24,000 bases of DNA from an uncultured beta proteobacterium (GTDB lineage Bacteria; Pseudomonadota; Gammaproteobacteria; Burkholderiales; SG8-41): assembly GCA_903933915.1 (NCBI GenBank), contig CAIZLW010000116.1:11997-35996 (forward strand). The letters run 5' to 3'. The notes beneath the pieces are model-generated. The model did not search any database, had not been told where the DNA came from, and saw only the letters and a program-made list of their open reading frames with translations. Below are positions 7,702 to 15,729 of the stretch, one piece after another. The position numbers were made by a program, and so were the translations under genes. The stretch's first letter is position 1, and each line of letters starts with the position of its first letter.

Positions 7702-8799
7702 TCAGGATTCGATGGCGAATTTTTTCAACAGCACCGGATCGGGATCGACGCCGAGCCCGGGGCCCTGTGGAATCGCGAAGCGGCCGTTTTTCGGGTTGAT
7801 CGCATCGCCGAGCGGATTTTCGGCGAAATCGCAGTAGAAGCGTTCGACCCAGGGCTGCTGGGCCTGCGCGGCGCAGACATGGATGGAGGCCAGCAGCCCG
7901 GGGCCGAAATAGGCTGAGTGCGGCACCACGCGCACGCCGTGGGCTTCACCCAGTGCGAACACTTTCTGCATTTCGGTGACACCGCCGACTTTGGTGACGC
8001 TCGGTTGCGCAACATCCAGCGCACCGCGTTCGAACAGGCGCTGGAATTCATTGACGGTGCCGACGTTTTCACCGGCGGCGACGGGAATGCCGCCTTCGGC
8101 GCGCACCCGTGCCAGACCGGCATGGTCTTCCGGCGGCCATACCGGTTCTTCCAGAAATTCGAGATCAAGTTCGTACAGCAGCTTGCACATCGCCACTGCC
8201 TGCAGCGGCGTCCACGGCGTGCTGCAGTCGACCATCAGCGGCACGCCGTCGCCGGCGGCCAGGCGCGCGGCGCGGATGATTGCGGGATCGATTTCATGGA
8301 TCTTGATCAGGTTGTAGCCGCGGCCCAGTGCTTCGGCGATGCGCGGCTCCAGCGCCGCCGCCTTGCCGTAACGCAGCAGGCTGGCATAGGCGGGCAGGTC
8401 GGTGCGCGGGCTGCCGCCGAGCAGTTGGTACAGCGGCCGGTTGGCGATTTTGCCGGCGATGTCCCACAGCGCGATGTCGATGGCGGACATGCCGTACATC
8501 ACCGGGCCGCTGCGGCCGGCGCCGTGCAGGGTGTGCGCGAGGTCATGCATCAGCGCGCTGATCGCCGTTGGGTCGCGGCCGACGCACAGCGGTGCAATCA
8601 TGCGGTCGATCGCGGTGCGGGTGACCGGCCACACGCGGTGGCCGAAGGCTTCGCCCCAGCCGCTGATGCCGGCGTCGGTGTCGACGCGTACCAGCAGGGT
8701 TTCGATCGCGGTGCGCGGACGTCCGCCGACCATCGGCGTGTCGCCGGTGATGAGCATGGGCATGGAGGTGACGAAGGTGGTGACAGCGGTGATTTTCAT
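7702..8799 (-). CDS. Enolase-superfamily enzyme (mandelate racemase/muconate lactonizing enzyme family)
   Basis: 365-aa ORF with an N-terminal capping-domain pattern (MKITAV...ETLLVRVDTDAGISGWGEA) and AIDIALWDIAGK. Candidate metal ligands are in LMVDCS, FLEEP and AAGEN. A late PH (VVPHS) is also present. Same strand as, and 55 nt upstream of, the hydrolase gene, so probably one operon. Confidence 0.85.
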   Translation of the reverse strand: MKITAVTTFVTSMPMLITGDTPMVGGRPRTAIETLLVRVDTDAGISGWGEAFGHRVWPVTRTAIDRMIAPLCVGRDPTAISALMHDLAHTLHGAGRSGPVMYGMSAIDIALWDIAGKIANRPLYQLLGGSPRTDLPAYASLLRYGKAAALEPRIAEALGRGYNLIKIHEIDPAIIRAARLAAGDGVPLMVDCSTPWTPLQAVAMCKLLYELDLEFLEEPVWPPEDHAGLARVRAEGGIPVAAGENVGTVNEFQRLFERGALDVAQPSVTKVGGVTEMQKVFALGEAHGVRVVPHSAYFGPGLLASIHVCAAQAQQPWVERFYCDFAENPLGDAINPKNGRFAIPQGPGLGVDPDPVLLKKFAIES

Positions 8800-8835
8800 C
8801 AGGACGACCTTGTTGTAAAGGAAGGGGGCTCGTAA

Positions 8836-8854
8836 TTATAAGGCATTGTTTTTA
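8836..8854 (+). repeat. AT-rich motif TTATAAG-NN-ATTGTTTTTA, copy 1 (glyA / enolase-family divergent intergenic region)
   Basis: TTATAAGGCATTGTTTTTA at 8836-8854 matches TTATAAGTAATTGTTTTTA at 14053-14071 at 17 of 19 positions; only the 2-nt spacer differs. Both are followed by a GC-rich hairpin and then a gene start. Confidence 0.35.
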
Positions 8855-8882
8855 TTGTAAAAATAAGCGTCTCTGTAGAGGC

Positions 8883-8900
8883 GGGGGCGTTAAGGCCCCC
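8883..8900 (+). other. GC hairpin in the glyA leader
   Basis: GGGGGC-gttaag-GCCCCC, a 6-bp all-GC stem. A second small hairpin CGGGC-ctgt-GCCCG lies at about 8911-8924. Neither has a U-tract. Function unknown. Confidence 0.35.
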
Positions 8901-8944
8901 ATGTTAAAATTCGGGCCTGTGCCCGTAACCCTCCCGGAATACCG

Positions 8945-10204
8945 ATGCCCATGTCCATTTTTGCCAACCGTCTCCAAGCCGTCGACCCTGATATTTATCA
9001 CGCGATCGAGCAGGAGGCGCAGCGACAGGAAGACCACATCGAGTTGATTGCTTCGGAGAACTACGCCAGCCCCGCAGTACTGGCCGCGCAGGGTTCGGTG
9101 CTGACCAACAAATACGCCGAGGGTTATCCCGGCAAGCGTTACTACGGCGGCTGCGAATACGTCGACATTGCCGAGAGGCTGGCGATCGAGCGCGCCAAGG
9201 AACTGTTCAAGGCCGGTTACGCCAATGTGCAGCCGCACTCGGGTGCGCAGGCTAATGCGGCGGTGTTTCTCGCTACACTGAAACCGGGTGACAGCATTCT
9301 CGGCATGCGCCTGTCCGACGGCGGCCACTTGACCCACGGCGCCAAGGTCAACATCAGCGGCAAGTATTACAACGCCTCCAGCTACGGACTGAATTCCGAG
9401 ACCCAGGCGATTGATTACGATGAAGTCGCCGAGCTGGCGAAAATCAACAAGCCCAAGCTGATCGTCGCCGGCGCATCGGCGTATTCGCTGGTCATTGACT
9501 GGAAACGCTTTCGCGAAATCGCCGACAGCGTTGGCGCGCTGCTGATGGCCGACATGGCGCATTACGCCGGTCTCGTCGCCGCAGGCCTGTATCCGAGCCC
9601 GGTGGGCATTGCCGATTTTGTCACCACAACCACGCACAAGACGCTGCGCGGCCCGCGCGGCGGCATGATTCTGTCCAGTGCCGAACACGAAAAGATACTC
9701 AACTCCGCAGTGTTTCCGGGTTCGCAGGGTGGCCCGCTGATGCATGTGATCGCGGCCAAGGCAGTGGCGCTGAAGGAGGCGATGTCCAAGGAATTCCGCG
9801 ACTACCAGCAGCAGGTGCTCGACAACGCGCGGGTGATGGCCAAGGTGATGCAGGAACGCGGTTACCGCATCGTCTCCGGTCGCACTGAATGCCACATGTT
9901 TCTGCTCGACCTGCGCGACAAGCCGGTGACCGGCCTCGAAGCCGAACAGGCACTGGGCCGCGCCAATATCACCGTCAACAAAAACGCTGTGCCCAACGAC
10001 ACCCGCACGCCGACGGTGACCAGCGGCGTGCGTATCGGTTCGCCGGCAATGACCACGCGCGGCTTCCGGGAAATCGAAGCCGAGAAGCTCGGCCACCTGA
10101 TTGCCGACATTCTCGATGCGCCGCAGGACGACGCCGTCAACAAGAAGGTCCGTGAAGCGGTGAAGGTGCTGTGCGACCAGTTCCCCGTATACCGCAAATC
10201 GTAA
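8945..10204 (+). CDS. glyA: Serine hydroxymethyltransferase
   Basis: 419-aa ORF with [44 protein letters not shown] and the PLP-lysine region [14 protein letters not shown]. The start could instead be the ATG at 8951. Confidence 0.95.
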   Translation: MPMSIFANRLQAVDPDIYHAIEQEAQRQEDHIELIASENYASPAVLAAQGSVLTNKYAEGYPGKRYYGGCEYVDIAERLAIERAKELFKAGYANVQPHSGAQANAAVFLATLKPGDSILGMRLSDGGHLTHGAKVNISGKYYNASSYGLNSETQAIDYDEVAELAKINKPKLIVAGASAYSLVIDWKRFREIADSVGALLMADMAHYAGLVAAGLYPSPVGIADFVTTTTHKTLRGPRGGMILSSAEHEKILNSAVFPGSQGGPLMHVIAAKAVALKEAMSKEFRDYQQQVLDNARVMAKVMQERGYRIVSGRTECHMFLLDLRDKPVTGLEAEQALGRANITVNKNAVPNDTRTPTVTSGVRIGSPAMTTRGFREIEAEKLGHLIADILDAPQDDAVNKKVREAVKVLCDQFPVYRKS

Positions 10205-10222
10205 ACCGGAAGCGCCGCCGCC

Positions 10223-10687
10223 ATGAAGTGTCCTTTCTGCAAATCGGATGAGACCCAGGTCATCGACTCGCGCGTCAGCGATGACGGCGACAGCATCCGC
10301 CGCCGCCGCAAGTGCGTCACCTGCAGCAAGCGCTTCACGACCTATGAAACGGTGGAGCTGCGCATGCCGCAGGTGGTCAAGCAGGATGGCAGCCGCGCCG
10401 AGTTCGATATGGCCAAGCTGCGCACCAGTTTCATGCGCGCGCTGCACAAGCGCCCGGTGCCGACGCCGCTGGTCGACGAGGCGATTGGTGCGCTGACCAA
10501 CGAGTTGCTGTCGCTGGGAGAGCGCGAAGTACAGGCGCGCCGTGTCGGCGAGATGGTGATGCGCGAACTGAAAAAGCTCGATGAAGTGGCCTATATCCGT
10601 TTTGCGTCGGTCTACAAAAGTTTTCAGGGCGTCGACGATTTCACCGACGCGATCAAGGAAGTGCGCCGTCCCGTGCGCGCCAAGTAA
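10223..10687 (+). CDS. nrdR: Transcriptional repressor NrdR (zinc ribbon + ATP-cone)
   Basis: [42 protein letters not shown] is the canonical NrdR N-terminus. 154 aa, 18 nt downstream of glyA. Confidence 0.95.
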   Translation: MKCPFCKSDETQVIDSRVSDDGDSIRRRRKCVTCSKRFTTYETVELRMPQVVKQDGSRAEFDMAKLRTSFMRALHKRPVPTPLVDEAIGALTNELLSLGEREVQARRVGEMVMRELKKLDEVAYIRFASVYKSFQGVDDFTDAIKEVRRPVRAK

Positions 10688-10724
10688 CCGCAGGCGGCCG
10701 CTGGTTGCGGTGGCCGATACTCAA

Positions 10725-11807
10725 ATGTTCAAACCTGAAGATCACCAGCATATGGCCCGCGCGCTGCAGCTCGCCGCGCAGGGGCTGTACACCACGACGC
10801 CAAATCCGCGTGTCGGTTGCGTGATCGTGCACGACGGCGTTGTCCTCGGCGAAGGCTGGCATGCGAAAGCGGGCGAACTGCATGCCGAGCCGCTGGCGCT
10901 GCAGGCTGCCGGTGATCGTGCTGTCGGCGCGACGATCTATGTCACGCTGGAACCCTGCGCTCACCAAGGCCGCACGCCGCCCTGCGTCGATGCGCTGCTT
11001 GCGGCGAAACCGGCGCGCGTGGTGGCGGCGATGCAGGACCCGAATCCGAAAACCGCAGGCAAGGGTTTCGAACAGCTGCGCGCTGCCGGCATCACCGTCG
11101 ACGTTGGCTTGATGGAGGCCGAAGCGCGTGAACTGAACATCGGTTTTGTGACGAGGATGACGCGCGGCACGCCGTGGGTACGCATGAAAGTGGCGGCGAG
11201 CCTCGACGGCCGCACCGCGCTCGCCAATGGCCAGAGCCAGTGGATCACCGGCGCGGAGGCGCGCAAGGATGGTCACGCCTGGCGCGCACGGGCCTGCGCC
11301 GTGCTCACCGGCGTCGGCACGGTCAAGGACGATGATCCCCTGCTGACGGTGCGCGATGTGGTGACGACGCGCCAGCCGTACCGGGTGGTGGTGGATAGCC
11401 GGCTGCAGACGCCGCTGACGGCGAAGGTGCTGGGGCCGGGCACGATCATCGCTGCCGCCGGTGTCGATGCGCCGCGCAGCGTTGCGTTGCGCGCGCATGG
11501 CGCCGAAGTCGTGGTGCTGCCCAATCATGAGGGCAAGGTTGAACTGCCGGCGTTGCTGCAGGAACTGGCGCGCCGCGGCTGCAATGAAGTGCACGTCGAG
11601 TCCGGTTACAAGCTCAACGGGTCGCTGCTTGACGAAGACCTCGTTGATGAGCTGCTGATCTACATGGCGCCGTGCATCCTTGGCGACACCGCCAAGGGCA
11701 TGTTCCACCTGCCGCCGCTGGCAAGCCTGGCGGGACGGCGCAATGTGCGCATCACCGATATCACGCGCATTGGCGATGACATCCGCATTCTGGCAAGGCT
11801 GCATTGA
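10725..11807 (+). CDS. ribD: Bifunctional riboflavin biosynthesis protein RibD (pyrimidine deaminase / uracil reductase)
   Basis: ORF 10581..11807. The annotated ORF start overlaps nrdR, so I prefer the ATG at 10725 (MFKPEDHQHMARALQLA...); GTG at 10710 is also possible. Deaminase motifs HAE and PCAHQGRTPPC are present, with a reductase domain downstream. Confidence 0.9.
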   Translation: MFKPEDHQHMARALQLAAQGLYTTTPNPRVGCVIVHDGVVLGEGWHAKAGELHAEPLALQAAGDRAVGATIYVTLEPCAHQGRTPPCVDALLAAKPARVVAAMQDPNPKTAGKGFEQLRAAGITVDVGLMEAEARELNIGFVTRMTRGTPWVRMKVAASLDGRTALANGQSQWITGAEARKDGHAWRARACAVLTGVGTVKDDDPLLTVRDVVTTRQPYRVVVDSRLQTPLTAKVLGPGTIIAAAGVDAPRSVALRAHGAEVVVLPNHEGKVELPALLQELARRGCNEVHVESGYKLNGSLLDEDLVDELLIYMAPCILGDTAKGMFHLPPLASLAGRRNVRITDITRIGDDIRILARLH

Positions 11808-12406
11808 TGTTTACCGGTATCGTCGCGGCGGTTGGCCGCATTGAGAATATCAATCCTGCGCCGGGCGGTGTGCGATTGCATATCGCCACCGGCGCGCTGG
11901 GCATGGATGATGTCGCGCTCGGCGACAGCATTGCCGTCAACGGCGTGTGCCTGACCGTGGTGGCTTTTGATAAAACCTTCTTTGAGGCGGAAGTGTCGCA
12001 GGCCTCGCTGGGGGTGGTCGCCGGTTTCGATGCGGGCGCCGCGGTCAACCTGGAAAAGGCACTGCGGCTGGCGGATCGTCTCGGCGGGCATCTGATGAGC
12101 GGCCACGTTGATGGTGCCGGCACGGTGGCGCAATTCGAAGCAGTGGGAGACAATCGCCGCCTTGTTATTGAAGCGTCGCCGGCGATTGCGCGTTACATCG
12201 CACGCAAGGGTTCGATCGCGGTGAACGGCGTCAGCCTGACGGTGAACACGGTTGAGGGTAATGCATTTGAAGTGAACCTGATCGCGCATACGCTGGCCAC
12301 AACGACGCTGCAACACCTGAAACGGGGGGGGCGTGTCAATCTTGAGGTGGACATGCTGGCCAGATACATTGAGCGCCTGCATGAAGCCGGTAGTGCAGGA
12401 AAATGA
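11807..12406 (+). CDS. ribE: Riboflavin synthase (alpha chain)
   Basis: MFTGIVAAVGRIENI...GDSIAVNGVCLTV...GSIAVNGVSLTV is the duplicated-barrel signature. The ATG at 11807 overlaps the ribD TGA (TGATG). Confidence 0.92.
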   Translation: MFTGIVAAVGRIENINPAPGGVRLHIATGALGMDDVALGDSIAVNGVCLTVVAFDKTFFEAEVSQASLGVVAGFDAGAAVNLEKALRLADRLGGHLMSGHVDGAGTVAQFEAVGDNRRLVIEASPAIARYIARKGSIAVNGVSLTVNTVEGNAFEVNLIAHTLATTTLQHLKRGGRVNLEVDMLARYIERLHEAGSAGK

Positions 12407-12424
12407 AAGTAAGGAACTGAAGTT

Positions 12425-13546
12425 TTGAACTCTGGAAAAAACGAATTGGCCATCAGCTCGACATCCGAAATCATCGCCGAAATGCGTGCCGGTCGCATGG
12501 TCGTGCTGGTCGATGAGGAAGACCGCGAGAACGAGGGCGACCTGGTATTGGCTGCGGAATTCGCGACACCCGAGACCATCAATTTCATGGCGCGTTTCGG
12601 TCGCGGCCTGATCTGCCTGACGCTGACCGAGGAACGCTGCCGGCAGCTGAATCTGCCGCTGATGGTCAGCAACAACCGCTCGCCGATGGGCACCAATTTC
12701 ACGCTGTCGATCGAGGCCGCCGAGGGCGTGACCACCGGCATCTCGGCGGCGGATCGCGCAAAGACGGTGCAGGCGGCGATCCGCGCCGATGCCGGCCCGG
12801 ACGATATTGTCCAGCCCGGCCATATTTTTCCACTGATGGCGCAGACTGGCGGTACGCTGATGCGCGCGGGTCATACCGAAGCCGGTTGCGATCTGGCGCG
12901 GCTCGCCGGCCTGAGTCCGGCAGCGGTGATCTGCGAAATCCTCAAGGACAACGGCGAGATGGCGCGGCTGCCGGACCTGATCCCGTTCGCTGCTGAGCAT
13001 GGCCTGAAAATCGGCACCATCACCGACCTGATCCAGTATCGCAGCAGCACCGAATCGCTGGTCAAGCGCGCCACCGAACGCGACATTGAAACCGCGCAGG
13101 GCACGTTCCGGCTGGTCGCGTACACCGAAACCGCCGGGGGTCAGACCCATCTCGCGCTGGTGCGCGGCAAGATTGCGCCGCGTGACGAAGTGCTGGTACG
13201 GGTGCACGAGCCGGTGTCGCTGATCGACGTGCTCGACACCAGCGCCACCAGTCATTCGTGGAATCTGCACGATGCGATGGCGGAAATTGCCCGCAACGGC
13301 CGCGGTGTGATCATCCTGCTGCACCGTCCGGAAACCGCTGCCGAGTTGCTCGAACGCGCACGCCCGCAACATGAACGCGGCGGCCCGGCAAAAATCGTAT
13401 TGCGCAATTACGGCATCGGCGCACAGATCCTGCGCGACCTCGGCGTGAAAAAAATGCGCGTGATGGCGCAACCGCTGCGCATGCCGAGCATGGCGGGTTT
13501 TGATCTCGAAGTGACCGGCTATCTGCAGCCGCCGGGCAAGGCATAG
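12425..13546 (+). CDS. ribBA: 3,4-dihydroxy-2-butanone-4-phosphate synthase fused to a degenerate GTP cyclohydrolase II-like domain (RibBA/RibBX type)
   Basis: TTG start with AAGGAA 8 nt upstream. The RibB domain looks intact (DEEDRENEGDL, HIFPL, RAGHTEAG). The C-terminal domain aligns with RibA, but VRVHEPVSLIDVLDTSATSHSW replaces VHSECLTGD....RCDCG. Confidence 0.9.
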   Translation: MNSGKNELAISSTSEIIAEMRAGRMVVLVDEEDRENEGDLVLAAEFATPETINFMARFGRGLICLTLTEERCRQLNLPLMVSNNRSPMGTNFTLSIEAAEGVTTGISAADRAKTVQAAIRADAGPDDIVQPGHIFPLMAQTGGTLMRAGHTEAGCDLARLAGLSPAAVICEILKDNGEMARLPDLIPFAAEHGLKIGTITDLIQYRSSTESLVKRATERDIETAQGTFRLVAYTETAGGQTHLALVRGKIAPRDEVLVRVHEPVSLIDVLDTSATSHSWNLHDAMAEIARNGRGVIILLHRPETAAELLERARPQHERGGPAKIVLRNYGIGAQILRDLGVKKMRVMAQPLRMPSMAGFDLEVTGYLQPPGKA

Positions 13547-13573
13547 GCAACAAGAGGGAACAAGGAAAAGAAC

Positions 13574-14041
13574 ATGGGACGTTACGACGGCATCGAAGAG
13601 CTGGAACCCAACACCAATGGTGCGGGGCTGCGCATCGGCATTGTCATGGGCCGATTCAACATCGACGTCGGCGACGGACTGCTGTCGTCGTGCACCGCGG
13701 GTCTGGTCAAACACGGTGTTGCGCAGAAGGACATGCGCATCGTCACCGTGCCGGGGGCGCTGGAAATTCCGTTGACGCTGAAAAGGATGGCGCAGAGCGG
13801 CAAATACGATGCGCTGATCGCGCTGGGCGCGGTGATTCGCGGCGACACTTATCATTTCGAAATCGTCTCGAACGAATCCTCGCGCGGCATCACCGAAGTG
13901 CAGCTGGCCACCGGCGTGCCGATTGCCAACGGCATTCTCACCACCGAGAACGATGACCAGGCCGAAGTGCGCATGGCGCAGAAGGGCCTCGATTGCGCGA
14001 TTGCGGCTATCGAGATGGCGCGCCTGTTGCCGCGACTGTAA
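13574..14041 (+). CDS. ribH: 6,7-dimethyl-8-ribityllumazine synthase
   Basis: 155-aa ORF with [32 protein letters not shown] and PIANGILT. An SD-like GGGAACAAGGAAAAG lies upstream. Confidence 0.95.
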   Translation: MGRYDGIEELEPNTNGAGLRIGIVMGRFNIDVGDGLLSSCTAGLVKHGVAQKDMRIVTVPGALEIPLTLKRMAQSGKYDALIALGAVIRGDTYHFEIVSNESSRGITEVQLATGVPIANGILTTENDDQAEVRMAQKGLDCAIAAIEMARLLPRL

Positions 14042-14052
14042 TTCGCGGAATT

Positions 14053-14071
14053 TTATAAGTAATTGTTTTTA
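14053..14071 (+). repeat. AT-rich motif TTATAAG-NN-ATTGTTTTTA, copy 2 (ribH-nusB spacer)
   Basis: See copy 1. It sits in a ~45-nt AT-rich island inside otherwise GC-rich DNA. Confidence 0.35.
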
Positions 14072-14082
14072 AACATTTATTT

Positions 14083-14108
14083 CTGTGTCCCGGTCATGCG
14101 GGGCACAG
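14083..14108 (+). promoter_or_regulatory. 10-bp hairpin abutting the nusB ribosome-binding site
   Basis: CTGTGTCCCG-gtcatg-CGGGGCACAG forms 10 bp including one G-U pair. The 3' arm runs straight into GCGGAG and the nusB ATG at 14118. No U-tract, so not a classic terminator. Confidence 0.4.
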
Positions 14109-14117
14109 CGGAGTCTC

Positions 14118-14549
14118 ATGAAATCCAGCCGTAGACGTTCGCGTGAATTCGCCCTGCAAGGCCTTTATCAGTGGCAACTAGCGGGTACTGATCCGCTCAC
14201 CATTGCCGATCAACTGGCCGATGGCGAGGGCTTCAGCAAGATCGATGCCGATTATTTCAAGGCGCTGCTCAGCGGTGCGGTTGCCGGTGCCGCCGACATG
14301 GAGCAGTTGATTGCGCCGTTGCTCGACCGCGCCTACAAGAGTCTGTCACCGGTGGAGCGCGGCATCCTGCTGCTCGCCGGTTATGAATTCAAAAGCCAGC
14401 CTGAAGTGCCGTACCGCGTGATCATCAACGAGGCGATTGAGCTGGCGAAATCGTTTGGCGGCACCGACGGCCATAAATACGTCAACGGCGTGCTCGACAA
14501 AATGGCTGCGCAACTGCGCGCGGTGGAATTTTACGCGGGCCGTTCGTAA
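14118..14549 (+). CDS. nusB: Transcription antitermination factor NusB
   Basis: ORF 14085..14549. I prefer the ATG at 14118 (MKSSRRRSREFALQGLYQW..., the typical NusB N-terminus); VINEAIELAK.FG and YVNGVLDK are also present. Confidence 0.92.
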   Translation: MKSSRRRSREFALQGLYQWQLAGTDPLTIADQLADGEGFSKIDADYFKALLSGAVAGAADMEQLIAPLLDRAYKSLSPVERGILLLAGYEFKSQPEVPYRVIINEAIELAKSFGGTDGHKYVNGVLDKMAAQLRAVEFYAGRS

Positions 14550-14594
14550 CGCCTGCGGACCGGACTGATTAACCGAACCAGGGACGGGCGAGTG

Positions 14595-14855
14595 ATGGAC
14601 GAAGAAAAACTGAAAAAACGCATTTACGCGTTTCAATTTGCCGGGATACTCAATTTGTTCCTCGGCTGTTATGTGCTGCTTTATGGTGGTGGCGTCGAAC
14701 CGGGCACGCGCAACATCATGCTGGCTTTCTTTTTCGGATTCGCAATCCTCGATTTCTGGTTTCCGACGCACCTGAAAAAGAAATTCGCCCAGCAGCAGGC
14801 GCTGATGCAAGGCCAGACGCCTGCAGGGCCGCCGCCGGAAGCACCGAAGTCCTGA
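14595..14855 (+). CDS. Small hypothetical membrane protein (two predicted TM helices)
   Basis: ORF 14592..14855 with an ATG at 14595. It has a K-rich N-terminus, two hydrophobic stretches (FQFAGILNLFLGCYVLLYG and IMLAFFFGFAILDFWF) and a P-rich tail. No family recognised. The competing antisense ORF 14346..14810 overlaps nusB and looks spurious. Confidence 0.45.
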   Translation: MDEEKLKKRIYAFQFAGILNLFLGCYVLLYGGGVEPGTRNIMLAFFFGFAILDFWFPTHLKKKFAQQQALMQGQTPAGPPPEAPKS

Positions 14856-14863
14856 TGCAGTTT

Positions 14864-14886
14864 CGGCTATGCTGATTGCGTAGCCG
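14864..14886. terminator. Candidate bidirectional terminator hairpin between convergent genes
   Basis: CGGCTATGC-tgatt-GCGTAGCCG forms 9 bp with one G-U pair. It lies exactly between the + strand stop at 14855 and the minus-strand stop at 14887. TTT lies 5' and CTACTTCTTCATTT 3'; both U-tracts are weak. Confidence 0.4.
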
Positions 14887-15726
14887 CTACTTCTTCATTT
14901 GCCGCAGCCCGTCGAGCAGGATGGCGGCCAGCGCTGCTTCTTTTGCATCCCAGTGTTCATGCGGATCGACGTCGATATCGATGTCCTCGCCCATCAGCGG
15001 GCGCAGTTCGGTATTGGGCATCAGCTGCGCCAACTCTGCTGCGGCGCGTTGCGGATGCGTGTTGTCGTTGCCCGGGACAATGCACGCCGGCGCCTTGATC
15101 GACCGTAACTGTTCAGCGCTGGCGCCGATGACCGGTTGGTCGGCGCCGGTCTTGAACTGCTCATCCCACGCCGTCATTGCCGCGATGAATTGCGTGGCGT
15201 CCATGTTCAGCAATGCCTGTTTATTGGCGGGCCTTGCCGCGATCCGCTCGCGGAAATGCGGCGTTGCGCAGACTGCTGCCATGCCACCGTTGTTTGCCGC
15301 GCGGATGTATTCGCCGTAATACTTTTCGCGCAGCCGCTGCACCGCAAACGCGCCGCCGGTGACGCGCCACAGCAGCAGCCCGCTCACCGCCTGCGGATAA
15401 CGCAGCGCAAACTCGATCGACAAGCGGCAGCCGGAAGAGCCGCCGCCAATCACCGCAGGCAGGGCGTCGAGTTTTTGCAGCAATGCATAAAGATCCGCTG
15501 CCCAGATTTCATGTTCGGCGCCGTCGCCTGCCATCGAGACTTCGGAGGCGCCGCAGTTGCGGCGGTCATGGATCAGCACGCGGTATCCGCCGGTGGCGAC
15601 ACGGGTGGCCAGTGAGCGGACATCGTCGTTGCCGAGACGGCCGCCGGGCGTCAGTGCCACCCACGGCCCGCCGCTGCCGAGTACTTCGTACTGGATTTCA
15701 ACGCCGTTGATCGTGGTCATGGGCAT
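14887..15726 (-). CDS. Alpha/beta-fold hydrolase (cytoplasmic)
   Basis: 279-aa ORF with nucleophile elbow GGGSSGC (G-x-S-x-G), no signal peptide and a late His (THPQ/PHEHW region). Its start lies 3 nt after the upstream Bug gene stop, so probably co-transcribed. Confidence 0.78.
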   Translation of the reverse strand: MPMTTINGVEIQYEVLGSGGPWVALTPGGRLGNDDVRSLATRVATGGYRVLIHDRRNCGASEVSMAGDGAEHEIWAADLYALLQKLDALPAVIGGGSSGCRLSIEFALRYPQAVSGLLLWRVTGGAFAVQRLREKYYGEYIRAANNGGMAAVCATPHFRERIAARPANKQALLNMDATQFIAAMTAWDEQFKTGADQPVIGASAEQLRSIKAPACIVPGNDNTHPQRAAAELAQLMPNTELRPLMGEDIDIDVDPHEHWDAKEAALAAILLDGLRQMKK

Positions 15727-15729
15727 GGC

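Noticed and set aside
7918-8835. 305-aa + strand ORF opposite the enolase-superfamily gene
   Set aside because: The minus-strand frame carries the MR/MLE motifs (AIDIALWD, metal-ligand D/E/E, PH). The + frame is a low-complexity shadow.
8820-8944. Possible ZTP (pfl), THF or glycine riboswitch upstream of glyA
   Set aside because: I looked for the conserved ZTP 3' element (CCGCCTGGGC-like) and its GGGTCG/ACTGGCG 5' subdomain and found neither. The two hairpins are short and generic. The region stays in the findings as an unexplained structured leader, not as a riboswitch call.
8852-10447. 531-aa minus-strand ORF opposite glyA/nrdR; also the 383-aa ORF at 10653..11804 opposite ribD
   Set aside because: Antisense to highly conserved housekeeping genes, with low-complexity Arg/Ala/Gly/His-rich translations. 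No start-site signals or domains.
10688-13573. FMN riboswitch (RFN element) associated with the rib genes
   Set aside because: Gaps between nrdR, ribD, ribE, ribBA and ribH are all under 40 nt or are overlaps. That is too short for a ~140-nt RFN element, and I saw no RFN-like conserved stretches.
11660-13855. 731-aa minus-strand ORF spanning ribE, ribBA and ribH (the longest ORF in the rib region)
   Set aside because: It is antisense to three unambiguous, motif-rich riboflavin genes and crosses their boundaries. Its composition is R/A/H/Q-rich with no domain signature. Judged a GC-driven shadow ORF.
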